Below, piece by piece: positions 24,714 to 35,564 of a DNA stretch of 64,000 nt. The notes beneath the pieces are model-generated. The model was not told where the DNA came from, did not search any database, and was given only the letters and a program-made list of their open reading frames with translations. The number at the start of each line of letters is the position of its first letter. Positions within the stretch are counted from its first letter, which is position 1. The stretch is from sequence record MK327931.1. One strand, written 5' to 3'. A program made the translations under genes and the position numbers.

Positions 24714-24937
24714 ATAGATAGCAGTACTAAGATTTTTGATAATTGTTTATTGCTATCCCCGCAGATGTTGCTGTGTAAAATACTCACAATGAGGGTATCA
24801 ATTGCATTGTTCATCATAAGGGTGCATCTTGGACTATTATAATTTTTTAGCTCAATTAGCCACGAACTATCCGAGAGAAATTCCCCGTACTCTAGTTCAT
24901 TTAGAGTATTGAGGTAGTACTTAAGAGTATTTGTCAT
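24710..24937 (-). CDS. HKEYY-related paralogue (75 aa), first gene of the operon
   Basis: GGAG SD; KYYL...ILVLLSI. Confidence 0.75.
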   Translation of the reverse strand: MTNTLKYYLNTLNELEYGEFLSDSSWLIELKNYNSPRCTLMMNNAIDTLIVSILHSNICGDSNKQLSKILVLLSI

Positions 24938-24959
24938 GTGTAGTTCTCCTTATATTCCT

Positions 24960-24992
24960 TCTATAGTACACCAGTACTGAAAGGATGTCAAG
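24960..24992 (-). promoter_or_regulatory. sigma70 promoter driving the HKEYY operon
   Basis: TTGACA-17-TACTAT with AGTACT in spacer. Confidence 0.75.
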
Positions 24993-25039
24993 GGTTTTCT
25001 TTATGGGGTAAATATGATATAATGAATAAGGAGGGATTT

Positions 25040-26176
25040 ATGTTACCTTTTGTTAGAATGTTAAATTATGGGAACGTAGCACCAGAAAAACTAAAAGTTC
25101 GTGATATTGTTGCAGGTGCTAATTCATTATTACTAATAACCGAGGATAATGAATTATGGGTGCGTGGTAATAATTCGTATGGCAAATTAGGTATAGGAAC
25201 TGATACTATAGTGAATGTAACCGAGTGGACTAAAGTTAGAGATGATGTTAAGTTTGCTTGTGCTAGTAATTTAGTATGCGTTGTATTAACTGTAGATAAT
25301 AAAATTTTCTACTGTGGTGATGAATGGTTTGAATCTGGTGGTTCGACAAGTTCTAAAGTTGTTACATGGAAAGATGTTACGACACAATTTAGTGCAGTGA
25401 ATCTAAGCACAGTACGTGAAATGAAAATGACTTCTTATTGTGTAGGATTACTTACAAATGATAATAGATTATATGCTAAAGGATATGATAATAACCAATC
25501 ATTTGGTGGTTCAACAAGCAAAGTTAATGCTGTATTAGTTGCGTCAAATGTTTCAAAATTCTACACTTCTCTATCTGGTACTATATATTCTAGTACTACT
25601 GGTGGTTACTACCGCTGTGGTATAAGCAATACTGGAGCATTGGGTACTAGCACAAATTTAACTTCTTATAATTTGTACTCTGCTCCCGAATTTGCATCCG
25701 AATGTGCAGTTGGTATGTCAACATTAAACTCTGGTATATTATATTATGATACTAATGGTAGCACTAGATATGTTATAGCAGGTCAAAATAGATATTATCA
25801 ACTAGGTAATTCTTCTTCAAATACCACAAACGTATATTCGTATACAGAATTAACCGGATATAGAGGCAGGTTTAGGGATTTGTGGAGTGATATGAATAAC
25901 TCTGTTCTTTCTTTTGCTATAAGCACAGATGGCAATACTTTATATTATGCTGGTACTAACACTACACTATCTTCTGGTGACCCTGGTGTTGAATATTCAT
26001 CTACATTTAAAGAAGTACCACACGGGTTTAATGATATAACAAAGGCGGCATCGTTAGCCTATCTATCTATAGTGCAAGATTCAACGGGATGGTATTATTC
26101 TGGAAATGCAACTACGTTATATGGTTTGCCATCGAGTGATGAATTTATACCATTACCATTACCAACAATAATTTAA
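25040..26176 (+). CDS. MLPF-leader RCC1/BLIP-II-like beta-propeller 1 (378 aa)
   Basis: LWVRGNNSYGKLGIG repeats; start at MLPFVRM after AAGGAGG. Confidence 0.85.
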   Translation: MLPFVRMLNYGNVAPEKLKVRDIVAGANSLLLITEDNELWVRGNNSYGKLGIGTDTIVNVTEWTKVRDDVKFACASNLVCVVLTVDNKIFYCGDEWFESGGSTSSKVVTWKDVTTQFSAVNLSTVREMKMTSYCVGLLTNDNRLYAKGYDNNQSFGGSTSKVNAVLVASNVSKFYTSLSGTIYSSTTGGYYRCGISNTGALGTSTNLTSYNLYSAPEFASECAVGMSTLNSGILYYDTNGSTRYVIAGQNRYYQLGNSSSNTTNVYSYTELTGYRGRFRDLWSDMNNSVLSFAISTDGNTLYYAGTNTTLSSGDPGVEYSSTFKEVPHGFNDITKAASLAYLSIVQDSTGWYYSGNATTLYGLPSSDEFIPLPLPTII

Positions 26177-26247
26177 ATACAGGCCAGTACTTGATACTGG
26201 CTTTTCTTTTTTGTATTAAATATAGTATAATGAATAAGGAGGGAAAT

Positions 26248-27450
26248 ATGTTACCTTTTGGAAGAATGGTTAAGTACGCAAATATTGCACCAGGTCCAGA
26301 ACCTGTAGAGTTCTCAGATGTTTTACAACAACATTATACAAACTGTATGTATCTCCATAACCCAACTAATACTTTATATGGTTATGGTAGTAATAACTTT
26401 TACCAATTTGGTCTTGGGAATTCAGCAGCAGTTTCGTCATTTACAGTACTTGCAAGGAACTGTGCAGCCTTTTGGCTTGGTGTTCAAGGTTCATTGATGA
26501 TTGATTTGGATAATAAAATATACTACACTGGGTCGGTTGGTGCATTTTCTGATTATGGAGATGCAACACCTGTTAATGGTTATTTGACAACATGGACTGA
26601 TGTTACTGTTGCATTTAATAAAATAGGTGTTATGGCTAATATGATCAAGAGTGTATATATAGGTGAAAGTACTAGAATATTATTAACCGATGGTAGAGTA
26701 ATTGCGTGTGGAAGAAATACTAATGGTGAATGTGGCTCTGGTAATAAAAATTCCATCCCTACACTCACAGTTATGACTAATATGGGTGAAGTTACACATA
26801 TGGCATGTTCATTACAAGGAACGCACTATATCAAATCAAATAAAGATGCATGGTTTTGTGGTAAGGATAACTTTGGTGAAAGTGGATGTGGTGGTAGTTT
26901 TGTTGTATATTTGAACAAATTCGTGATTAGTAATGTAGAACATATTAGTACTACATACGATGTTACTTGGTGGTTTACTACTGGTGGGCCTGTATATTAT
27001 AGCGGGGCTAACAGTTCTGGACAAGCTGGTAATGGTACGACTACATCGGTAAATCAGCTAACACCAATTAGGAACACATCGGTCACGGTTGATGTAAGTA
27101 AGTACAGTACTTTTATTTGTCCAAGTAATATGGGAAATGCATCAATTGGTGCACCTATGGCACAATACGCACCATATGTTAGAAGTAGTGGTGCTAACTC
27201 ATATGGTCAAGAAGGTAATGGAACTAATACATTAGTTAGAACTTGGAATATTTTTAATCTTAGTGCAATAAGTGGTGGTTATGACAATGTTCTTATGGCA
27301 TCTAAAGATTGGAGCAGAACCATAATAATTACTAAAGATTATAAATTATATGCATGTGGTGGCTGGAATGGTAGTGGTGGTAGATTACCTGATGGCACTT
27401 ATAGTATTACTACACTAACATTAATGCCAACGCAGTTATGGCAACAATAG
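26248..27450 (+). CDS. MLPF-leader RCC1-like beta-propeller 2 (400 aa)
   Basis: YGYGSNNFYQFGLG, SGANSSGQAGNG repeats. Confidence 0.85.
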   Translation: MLPFGRMVKYANIAPGPEPVEFSDVLQQHYTNCMYLHNPTNTLYGYGSNNFYQFGLGNSAAVSSFTVLARNCAAFWLGVQGSLMIDLDNKIYYTGSVGAFSDYGDATPVNGYLTTWTDVTVAFNKIGVMANMIKSVYIGESTRILLTDGRVIACGRNTNGECGSGNKNSIPTLTVMTNMGEVTHMACSLQGTHYIKSNKDAWFCGKDNFGESGCGGSFVVYLNKFVISNVEHISTTYDVTWWFTTGGPVYYSGANSSGQAGNGTTTSVNQLTPIRNTSVTVDVSKYSTFICPSNMGNASIGAPMAQYAPYVRSSGANSYGQEGNGTNTLVRTWNIFNLSAISGGYDNVLMASKDWSRTIIITKDYKLYACGGWNGSGGRLPDGTYSITTLTLMPTQLWQQ

Positions 27451-27458
27451 GAGGGAAT

Positions 27459-28568
27459 ATGTTACCTTTTGGAAGAATGATTAGGTATGGAAATATTGTC
27501 CCTGGTCCTAAAAAAATAATTAAAGTTGGTGCTTCTACCCAAGGCCAATTCTTATTGACTGATTCACATGATTTATATTACATAGGTAGAAATCAAGGTG
27601 GTGAATCTGGAAATGGTAATACCAACACGGTGTCTTCGTGGACATTAGTAAGTGCAGATGTTTCTAATTTTTTCGTGGGTGATCGTACACTTGTTATTAT
27701 TAAAAATGATAATACGATATGGACATCAGGTCAAACGTACTGGTTCTCATCTTCTACAACTACTTCTTACAGTACTGTATTAGTTGAAAGAACTAATTGG
27801 TTTACCAATGCTATACCAGTAAGTGAAATTGCTAATATTGTATGCACAAATGGTTTAATATTTGTACTTAGCACTAATTCAGTACTCTATGGTGCAGGAG
27901 ATAATGGATATCGTGGTTCTTTGGGTATTGGTTCATCATCAATTTACACATTAACTCAATGTGCTACGAACGTTCGTAAAGTAATGACCAATGCGAATGA
28001 TAGTATGTATCTTACATTAGATAATAAGCTATATAGTTCTGGATGGAATAGTAGTGGGCAGCATGGTACGGGGAACCAAACACAAATTAACACTTGGGGA
28101 TTGCGTAGTTCTGGTGTAATCGATGCAGCCATTGGTGGTAATGCATTAAATTACTATAATGGTACATCATATTTCGTATGTGGTCAAACTCCAAACTTTC
28201 TTAGTTCAGGTACGACTACATTCCGTGCAGTTCCTTTAAGTACTTTGCCTAATAGTTCTCCATTGTTTATGACGAATTCACCTGCCTTAAATACTGCTAC
28301 ACAAATGGTAATTACTAGTACATATCAGAAGGGTGTTGGGGCGAACCGTGGTTTGGGATTAAACAATTCTCAAACTGGTGCTATATATAGTGCTACCAAT
28401 TTACAATTACCCGTTGAAGTTAGTGAGATTAGGGATGTTCTTTTTAGTGATGGTTTGACATCGATATTAACCAAAAATGGAGACGTGTATAGTACTGGAT
28501 CGTATTACGCCATTCCAGGTGCAATCGAGGATGTTGCAGTCTTTACTAAAATTGATTTACCAAAATAA
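27459..28568 (+). CDS. MLPF-leader RCC1-like beta-propeller 3 (369 aa)
   Basis: SSGWNSSGQHGTG repeats. Confidence 0.85.
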   Translation: MLPFGRMIRYGNIVPGPKKIIKVGASTQGQFLLTDSHDLYYIGRNQGGESGNGNTNTVSSWTLVSADVSNFFVGDRTLVIIKNDNTIWTSGQTYWFSSSTTTSYSTVLVERTNWFTNAIPVSEIANIVCTNGLIFVLSTNSVLYGAGDNGYRGSLGIGSSSIYTLTQCATNVRKVMTNANDSMYLTLDNKLYSSGWNSSGQHGTGNQTQINTWGLRSSGVIDAAIGGNALNYYNGTSYFVCGQTPNFLSSGTTTFRAVPLSTLPNSSPLFMTNSPALNTATQMVITSTYQKGVGANRGLGLNNSQTGAIYSATNLQLPVEVSEIRDVLFSDGLTSILTKNGDVYSTGSYYAIPGAIEDVAVFTKIDLPK

Positions 28569-28638
28569 CATAATGCCAGTACTCTGTACTGGCTTTCTTA
28601 TTTGTATTAAATATAGTATAATGAATAAAGGAGGGAAT

Positions 28639-29808
28639 ATGTTACCTTTTGGAAGAATGATTAAGTACGGAAATATTGCACCTGCTAAACCAAATATTAA
28701 AAAAATACTTGCTAACAACTATAATGTTGCTGTTTTAACAAACAGTGGTGATTTATATGTGCGTGGTGAGAATGCAAATGGTCTTTTGGGTTTAGGTCAC
28801 AAAAATACTGTTACTACATGGACTTATAGTACTTCTGGTGTTCAAGATTTTTGGATGGGAGCCACGACGATAGTTCTTAAGAAAAGCAATGATGAAATAT
28901 GGTACAGTGGAAGTTCAACAACTGTTGGTATGAAAGGGGCAGCAGTATCAATATGGACTTCTGCTATGCCAACATTCGATACATTAACATTACCAATATT
29001 AGATATAGCAGTTAGTTATCAGACTACAAGTGTGTTACTGTCAGACCAAACAATATGGAGTACTGGAGTGGGGTCAGATGGTCAGTTGGGTGATGGGACA
29101 ACAACTAACAATATTGCTGGTAAATTCGTCAAAAGTACTGTTCCGGCCGCAGCAAATCAATTACCTGTTAAATTGTTTGCAAGTAATTTAATGCACGGTT
29201 ATGTTACAAACCAAGGATGGCTATTTTATACAGGAAGAGTAAATGCAGTTACAAGTTCAGGAAGTAAGTTATATACTATATATTATGGTGCTCCTACCAG
29301 CTTAAGAAATACAATTAATATCAAGTACTACACGGAGAATGGTACTTCAATGGCAATGGCAATTGGTACTGATCCAAATGGAAAAACCATCATCGCAAAT
29401 GGCGGTTCGAGAATATTTGGTGCACAAGCAGATGGGACAAATGGTTCTCTCAATGATTATAGAGCATTTGAGGTTCAAACTGCTTCACTAATGCCACCCG
29501 GTGATGTAGTAAGCATTGCTAACAATACTTCATATTATAACCAAGTTATTGCTACAACAGATGGTATATATTGTTGCGGCTACAATCAATCTTCAGAAGC
29601 TGGTATGTTAGGTATTGGTACATCTACCAATGCATTGGTATATACCAAAGCAATCGTGCCTGATGGGTTTGATTATAGTAAGTCGCAGATGGCAGGTGGG
29701 TATAACCGAACTTATATAACTGATGGTAATTTTGTATATAGCACAGGGACAAATGTCACATATGGTGGCGTTAGTAGCTTAGAATTTGTATTAGATTCAC
29801 CAGTTTAA
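28639..29808 (+). CDS. MLPF-leader RCC1-like beta-propeller 4 (389 aa)
   Basis: LYVRGENANGLLGLG, WSTGVGSDGQLGDG. Confidence 0.85.
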   Translation: MLPFGRMIKYGNIAPAKPNIKKILANNYNVAVLTNSGDLYVRGENANGLLGLGHKNTVTTWTYSTSGVQDFWMGATTIVLKKSNDEIWYSGSSTTVGMKGAAVSIWTSAMPTFDTLTLPILDIAVSYQTTSVLLSDQTIWSTGVGSDGQLGDGTTTNNIAGKFVKSTVPAAANQLPVKLFASNLMHGYVTNQGWLFYTGRVNAVTSSGSKLYTIYYGAPTSLRNTINIKYYTENGTSMAMAIGTDPNGKTIIANGGSRIFGAQADGTNGSLNDYRAFEVQTASLMPPGDVVSIANNTSYYNQVIATTDGIYCCGYNQSSEAGMLGIGTSTNALVYTKAIVPDGFDYSKSQMAGGYNRTYITDGNFVYSTGTNVTYGGVSSLEFVLDSPV

Positions 29809-29879
29809 ATATATGCCAGTACTCTGTACTGGCATTCTTATTTGTATTAAATATAGTATAATGAATAAAGGAGGGAAAT

Positions 29880-31028
29880 ATGTTACCTTTTGCAAGAATG
29901 ATGAATTATGGGAATATTGCCCCTGGTAAGGATAGGCGTTTTAAAATATATTCAAGTGATTCTATGTATCTTCATGATACTTATACTAATAAGTTGTATG
30001 CATCTTCTGCGACGAATTGGGGTACTGGAACAGGTGTAGCATCGAGTAAATTTATTCTTTGTGCAGAGAATGTTAAACGAGTTCTATTGGAAGATAACAG
30101 TAGTAGTTGTCAATTGTATGAAGAGAAAGGTACTGGAAAAGTTTTTATCACTGGTAACACGAAGGCATTCACTGGTGTAACTGATACAAAAACTTTGTGG
30201 ACGGACTGTACTACGTGGATAACATCAGGTGGTATTAATGTTTCTGATATAAAATACATGAGTAGTTTTAATGATATGAAGGTGAATTTGATAACAAACG
30301 ATGGTACGTTGTATTGTTGTGGAGTTAACAATAACTCGAACCTATCATCATTTGGTGATGGTACAAACATTAATTCTTTTAACACATTCAAAAGGGTAGA
30401 TACTATAACTTCGGTTAAAAAGGCAGTTGGTAACATATACCTAAAAGAAGATAATACTTTATGGGGTTGTGGTTTTAACTATTACTATCAGTTAGGTACA
30501 GGTAATCAAACTTCTATTACTGGGGTGACGATGATTGCTTCGGATGTTATAGATTTTGATGTAAGTTATCAAAGTACATTTTTTATTAAATCGGATAATA
30601 ATTTGTACGCTTGTGGTAAACAGTTCGGTGCACAATACGGGAACGAATTTGGCACAGGTGGTACTTCTTCATCTACCGATATACAATACAAAACTCCGAC
30701 ATTATTGAGTTCAGGAGTTTATACTCTATATACTTGTGTTAGTAACATGGCATCACATATAGCTAAAGGTGATGAAGTTCTATACGCATCTGGGTCGAAT
30801 GGATTTGGTCAATTAGGTGTTGGTAATAATATTAATCAGTACTCATATACTCCTTCGTATACTTCGTTTAATAGTTCGTGTAATTTGGTACGCACTCCAT
30901 CTGGTTCACTTATACTTACGGACACTGAGCAATTATATTATTGTGGGTATGCTATGGTAGTAATGGGGGGAATTGCTGGACAAAACATTCTTAGTTATAC
31001 AGAAGTTGATATGTCATTTATACAATGA
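29880..31028 (+). CDS. MLPF-leader RCC1-like beta-propeller 5 (382 aa)
   Basis: WGCGFNYYYQLGTG, ASGSNGFGQLGVG. Confidence 0.85.
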   Translation: MLPFARMMNYGNIAPGKDRRFKIYSSDSMYLHDTYTNKLYASSATNWGTGTGVASSKFILCAENVKRVLLEDNSSSCQLYEEKGTGKVFITGNTKAFTGVTDTKTLWTDCTTWITSGGINVSDIKYMSSFNDMKVNLITNDGTLYCCGVNNNSNLSSFGDGTNINSFNTFKRVDTITSVKKAVGNIYLKEDNTLWGCGFNYYYQLGTGNQTSITGVTMIASDVIDFDVSYQSTFFIKSDNNLYACGKQFGAQYGNEFGTGGTSSSTDIQYKTPTLLSSGVYTLYTCVSNMASHIAKGDEVLYASGSNGFGQLGVGNNINQYSYTPSYTSFNSSCNLVRTPSGSLILTDTEQLYYCGYAMVVMGGIAGQNILSYTEVDMSFIQ

Positions 31029-31099
31029 TTTAATGCCAGTACACTGTACTGGCTTTCTTATTTGTATTAAATATAGTATAATGAATAAAGGAGGAATTT

Positions 31100-32242
31100 A
31101 TGTTACCTTTTGCAAGAATGATGAATTATGGGAATATTGCACCAGAACCAAAACCTCTATTTAAAAATAGATTACAAGCAAATTATAATACTCGTTTTTA
31201 TTTGCATGTTAATGGTGACTTGTACTGGTATGGTTCATCTTCATTTGGACAAGGTGGTAATGGTTCATTACAATCATCCACCGTATGGACCCGTGTGAAT
31301 AATAATATTGAACGTTACTGGGGTGGTGTTCTTGGTTCCATTGCCATTAAGAATGATGGAACTATTTGGTTCACAGGTGCTAGTATAGTAATGCCACAAA
31401 TCGGAACAAATACAAATGGGGTTTGGATTGATGTAACCCAGTACTTCACTGATTTTGGTGTCAGTGCTGATGATATTGATGGTATTGCTGTTGGGCAGAA
31501 TTTGCGTGTATTTTTAAAAAATGGAAAATGGTTCTACTGTGGTACTGGCGAAGCTGGTGTATTTGGTAACGCGTCAACAGCTAATGTCACATCGTTCAGA
31601 TACAGCACTATAGAAAATGTTAAAAGTTATGGCTGTTCTTTGCTCAGTACTGGGTTAGTACTTGATGATGGCTCCTATTGGTATGCAGGAAATACTGTTG
31701 CTCCTGGTAGTACAAAAACATCAAATATATTAAGTTTTACAAAAGACAATACGATCACCAATGCTATACAAGCTGTAAATACATACCGTACTTCATATAT
31801 ATTTCTTAATGATGGTTCAGTGAAGGTTGCTTCACCAAATGCATATGGTCAAGCTGGTGTAGGTACAGTATCAGCAGTACCAATGAGTACATTAATTCCC
31901 AATTTATCATTCCAAGGTGAAATAGAGTTGGTGGGTGGTTTATCCAACAACGAAGGGAATGGATGTGTTGTTAAAAATAATAATAAGTTATATACTTGTG
32001 GTCGAAATACCTATGGTCTATGTGGTGTTAATCAAACATCCGAAAATATACTAACTTTCACCGAAATGGTTCTTGATGCATTAGAAGGAAGACGAATTTC
32101 AGGCTTCGTAAATGATAATTTCTATTCAATGATAATTGATGAAAATAACAATTTGTATATGTGTGGTTTGGCTGAACTTGGAAATGTTCCAGTCAATAGA
32201 GTTCCAACAAGGGTTCCTGATTCACTTCTACCGTGGAAATAA
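31100..32242 (+). CDS. MLPF-leader RCC1-like beta-propeller 6 (380 aa)
   Basis: LYTCGRNTYGLCG. Confidence 0.85.
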   Translation: MLPFARMMNYGNIAPEPKPLFKNRLQANYNTRFYLHVNGDLYWYGSSSFGQGGNGSLQSSTVWTRVNNNIERYWGGVLGSIAIKNDGTIWFTGASIVMPQIGTNTNGVWIDVTQYFTDFGVSADDIDGIAVGQNLRVFLKNGKWFYCGTGEAGVFGNASTANVTSFRYSTIENVKSYGCSLLSTGLVLDDGSYWYAGNTVAPGSTKTSNILSFTKDNTITNAIQAVNTYRTSYIFLNDGSVKVASPNAYGQAGVGTVSAVPMSTLIPNLSFQGEIELVGGLSNNEGNGCVVKNNNKLYTCGRNTYGLCGVNQTSENILTFTEMVLDALEGRRISGFVNDNFYSMIIDENNNLYMCGLAELGNVPVNRVPTRVPDSLLPWK

Positions 32243-32312
32243 TATAATGCCAGTATCAAGTACTGGCATTTCTTTTTGATTAAATATAGTATAACAAATA
32301 AAGGAGGGAATT

Positions 32313-33500
32313 ATGTTACCTTTTGCAAGAATGATGAATTATGGGAATATTGCCCCAGTACCACTTCAAATTAAGAAAATAATCCCAACTGATTTAGATG
32401 TTGTGGTTCTGTATACGGATGGTCAACTATATGCACGTGGGAATAATAGTTTTGGGAAATTCGGTAGAGGAAACAACACTGCATTAAAATCATGGACATT
32501 AATTAGAGAAAACGTTAACGATTGCTGGCTTACACAAGGAACTTTATTAGTAAAAGACAATGACTCAAATTATTATTACTGTGGATATGGTAGTCATATT
32601 GGTTTATCAACTAGTACTACTACGTTTTTAAGTTATAACCAATATATTCAAAATTTGTACACACAAAGTTCAAGTACTTCAATTAAACAGATGTATGGAG
32701 GTACTACGTGGTTTACTTTCTTAATGGACAATAATACAATATGGAGTACAGGGTGGAACAGTGCTAGACAATTCGCCGATGGAACGGGAACTACTTATGA
32801 AATAACCGATGGTTCATTTGTAAAAGCGGTCACACCTAATGTTGATATTGCACAAATACAGTCAACAAATAACTGTGTATTGTTGTTTGATAAACAAAAT
32901 AATTTATATATTGGTGGTGTTACATCCGGTATAAGTTCCGCGACTACATGGACTTCATATAATCAATATACTTTATATCAACCAAATACAACATACACAA
33001 AAACGTTACAATACACAGGATGCTCAACTGGTGCAGTAAGTGCTTTAGTTGAAAATCCAAATACAGGAGCACGTCAGTTCCTTGTCGGTGGGTTAGCTAA
33101 TAATGGGGCATGGGGAAATAACACTACATCTAGCTCTGTTAATGGAGTTTTAGGAAATAACAGTACGACGTTACCACCCGGTACTTTGTATTCAATTCAT
33201 ACTGGATACCCACCACAATCTAGTATACTAATTACGAGTACTGGTGTATATGCAACTGGTTTAAATGCCAGTAGTTATGCTGGTTCATTGGGTATTGGTA
33301 CTAGTGCAACTGTTGGTAAGTTTACTGCATGTCCAATGCCTACACAAATAACATATTCTATGTATGATAAAATAAAAATATATAGAGGTTCATATCGTAC
33401 ATTTCTAACTGATATGAAAAATATATATTCAACCGGAACTTATGATGATGGTGGTCCTAGTACAACTAGATATGTACTAGATACACCCCGACAATTATAA
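32313..33500 (+). CDS. MLPF-leader RCC1-like beta-propeller 7 (395 aa)
   Basis: LYARGNNSFGKFGRG. Confidence 0.85.
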   Translation: MLPFARMMNYGNIAPVPLQIKKIIPTDLDVVVLYTDGQLYARGNNSFGKFGRGNNTALKSWTLIRENVNDCWLTQGTLLVKDNDSNYYYCGYGSHIGLSTSTTTFLSYNQYIQNLYTQSSSTSIKQMYGGTTWFTFLMDNNTIWSTGWNSARQFADGTGTTYEITDGSFVKAVTPNVDIAQIQSTNNCVLLFDKQNNLYIGGVTSGISSATTWTSYNQYTLYQPNTTYTKTLQYTGCSTGAVSALVENPNTGARQFLVGGLANNGAWGNNTTSSSVNGVLGNNSTTLPPGTLYSIHTGYPPQSSILITSTGVYATGLNASSYAGSLGIGTSATVGKFTACPMPTQITYSMYDKIKIYRGSYRTFLTDMKNIYSTGTYDDGGPSTTRYVLDTPRQL

Positions 33501-33572
33501 TATAATAGCCAGTACTCAGTACTGGCTTTTCTTTTTGTATTAAATATATTATAATGAATAAAGGAGGGAATT

Positions 33573-34310
33573 ATGTTACCTTTTGGAAGAATGATTAAGT
33601 ACGGGAATGAAATTGAATATAAGCCACATGGTGAACAATTAATCACGACAATAGGAACAACACAATTTACAGTTCCTGCTGGCGTTACCGAAATATCAGT
33701 ATGTGTTATTTCGCCGGGTGGTCAACGTGGTGCTGGCGGCGGCTTATCGTGGCGTAATAATATTCCGGTTACTAGTGGTGAGTACTTAAGTGTTTCTCTT
33801 ACGCATACCAACACTACTACACCAGTTGAAAACGGTTTATATCGTGGAACTGAAAAACTATGTGTTAGCTTCACTGGTGCATATACGGTTGGTGGACTAG
33901 GTGGAAAAGCTGCTAACGCTATTAATGATGGTGGTGGTAATGGTGGCAATACTGGTGTAAGTGGTGGTGCAGTCATTGGTGGTGGTGCTGGTGGCTACAC
34001 AGGTAAAGGTGGTAACGGAGATGCAATCACTGGTGAAAATGGTGCTGGCGGCGGCGGGGGCGGTGGTACATTCTATAATACCTCGTTCATTGGTACGGGT
34101 GGTGGTACTGGTATCATTGTTCAAGGTGCTAATGGTATTGGTGGTAGCTACGGTGGTTCATATAATGGTGGTGCTGGTAGTGGTGGTGCTGGTAAGATGT
34201 ATGGTGGTGGTGGTAGTATATGGGATAATTCTTCTTATACGGCTGCTGGTGGTGGTGCTGTGCGAATAATATGGGGAAATGGGAGATATTATCCTAACAA
34301 TTCAGTATAA
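33573..34310 (+). CDS. MLPF-leader glycine-rich protein (tail-fibre-type Gly-rich domain, 245 aa)
   Basis: FTVPAGVTEISVCVISPGG...GGGAVRIIWG pattern; same leader, no propeller repeats. Confidence 0.8.
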   Translation: MLPFGRMIKYGNEIEYKPHGEQLITTIGTTQFTVPAGVTEISVCVISPGGQRGAGGGLSWRNNIPVTSGEYLSVSLTHTNTTTPVENGLYRGTEKLCVSFTGAYTVGGLGGKAANAINDGGGNGGNTGVSGGAVIGGGAGGYTGKGGNGDAITGENGAGGGGGGGTFYNTSFIGTGGGTGIIVQGANGIGGSYGGSYNGGAGSGGAGKMYGGGGSIWDNSSYTAAGGGAVRIIWGNGRYYPNNSV

Positions 34311-34380
34311 AATATAGGCCAGTACAGAGTACTGGCTTTTCTTTTTGATTAAATATAGTATAATGAATAAAGGAGGAAAT

Positions 34381-35556
34381 ATGTTACCTTTTGCAAGAAT
34401 GGTTAAGTATGGAAATATTAAACCTGCACCTTCTGGTGTATTAAAGATTAGTACATCGTCATCACATATGGGTATGTTATTTGATAGTGGTAACTTATAT
34501 CTACGTGGAAGTGGTGCACATTATAGGCTAGGAAATAATAGTACGGAGTATGTACAAAATGGGTGGGTACAGTGTCCATATAAAGTTTCTAATGTTTGGT
34601 GTTTATTCGCAGGGACAATTATACTTACGACTGACGGAGAATTTTACTTAGCAGGGCAAATGAACTATGTCGGTGTATCTGCATCACCTGTTCCCGGATG
34701 GACTAATATTACATCTATATTGTCTACAATTCCAAGCCTTACTACAGTTCAAGATATAGCTTCTACCGAAACTACCGCATCCAATGGTTCTTTGTTAATT
34801 CTGTTAAGTGATGGTAACTTATATGGGATAGGCCGTAATGCTGGGGGTGAATTGGGTGTTACTGGAATAAAATCAACACCTATTTTGATTAACACGGGTG
34901 TTACTTTAATCGCAGGAACACAGTCGGGTGGTGCTTTCCATTTTGTAAAAAATGGACAATATTACAGATGTGGTAATAATGCAAGTTATAACCTAGGTTC
35001 AAGTTCATCTAAACTATCCACATTTACAGTAAGTACTGATATATCTGGAACAGTTATTGGTATTTCATGTACTCCTGAAACCACTTCAGTACTTACATCC
35101 AATAGAAATAAGATTAATGTATATACTGCTGGAAAAAACACTGATTATTGTTTAGGAATAGGGTATGGCGACACTACTATTATCATGAGTCCATTTAGTA
35201 CCACTCCTGTAATTAGTGGTATTATACCAGATGCTGGGTCGATGAACAATCACAGTTTGAATTATTTTATAATGGCAATGACACAGAATGGTAAACTTTA
35301 TACATGTGGTAGTGGTGTTCCTCTTGGTTGGCCTGTTACTACTGCATCAGAAAGATCTTATTACCACCAGGTACAATATGAGGATATGGATGTTGCACCA
35401 GATGTTAATGCATTTTCAGTACAAGGTGGTTCTGGTGTGTTATACGCGTTAGTAGGGACTAATGAGGTGTACTGGTGTGGTAACGGGTCTATGTTTCAGG
35501 AACAGAGTCCAGGTACACAACAAGTTAAAATGAAGAAAATGATTTTACCAGAATAG
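34381..35556 (+). CDS. MLPF-leader RCC1-like beta-propeller 8 (391 aa)
   Basis: LYGIGRNAGGELG; close to 37908-39077. Confidence 0.85.
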   Translation: MLPFARMVKYGNIKPAPSGVLKISTSSSHMGMLFDSGNLYLRGSGAHYRLGNNSTEYVQNGWVQCPYKVSNVWCLFAGTIILTTDGEFYLAGQMNYVGVSASPVPGWTNITSILSTIPSLTTVQDIASTETTASNGSLLILLSDGNLYGIGRNAGGELGVTGIKSTPILINTGVTLIAGTQSGGAFHFVKNGQYYRCGNNASYNLGSSSSKLSTFTVSTDISGTVIGISCTPETTSVLTSNRNKINVYTAGKNTDYCLGIGYGDTTIIMSPFSTTPVISGIIPDAGSMNNHSLNYFIMAMTQNGKLYTCGSGVPLGWPVTTASERSYYHQVQYEDMDVAPDVNAFSVQGGSGVLYALVGTNEVYWCGNGSMFQEQSPGTQQVKMKKMILPE

Positions 35557-35564
35557 GAGTGAAT

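Noticed and set aside
33987-34252. Two plus-strand Chi sites in the Gly-rich gene
   Set aside because: Explained by Ala-Gly-Gly codons (GCT GGT GG); not counted as part of the polarised block.
25022-35564. N-terminal extensions such as MNKEG/MILAFLFCIKYSI on propeller ORFs
   Set aside because: These are translations of the repeated promoter/SD module; the conserved start is MLPF after AAGGAGG.
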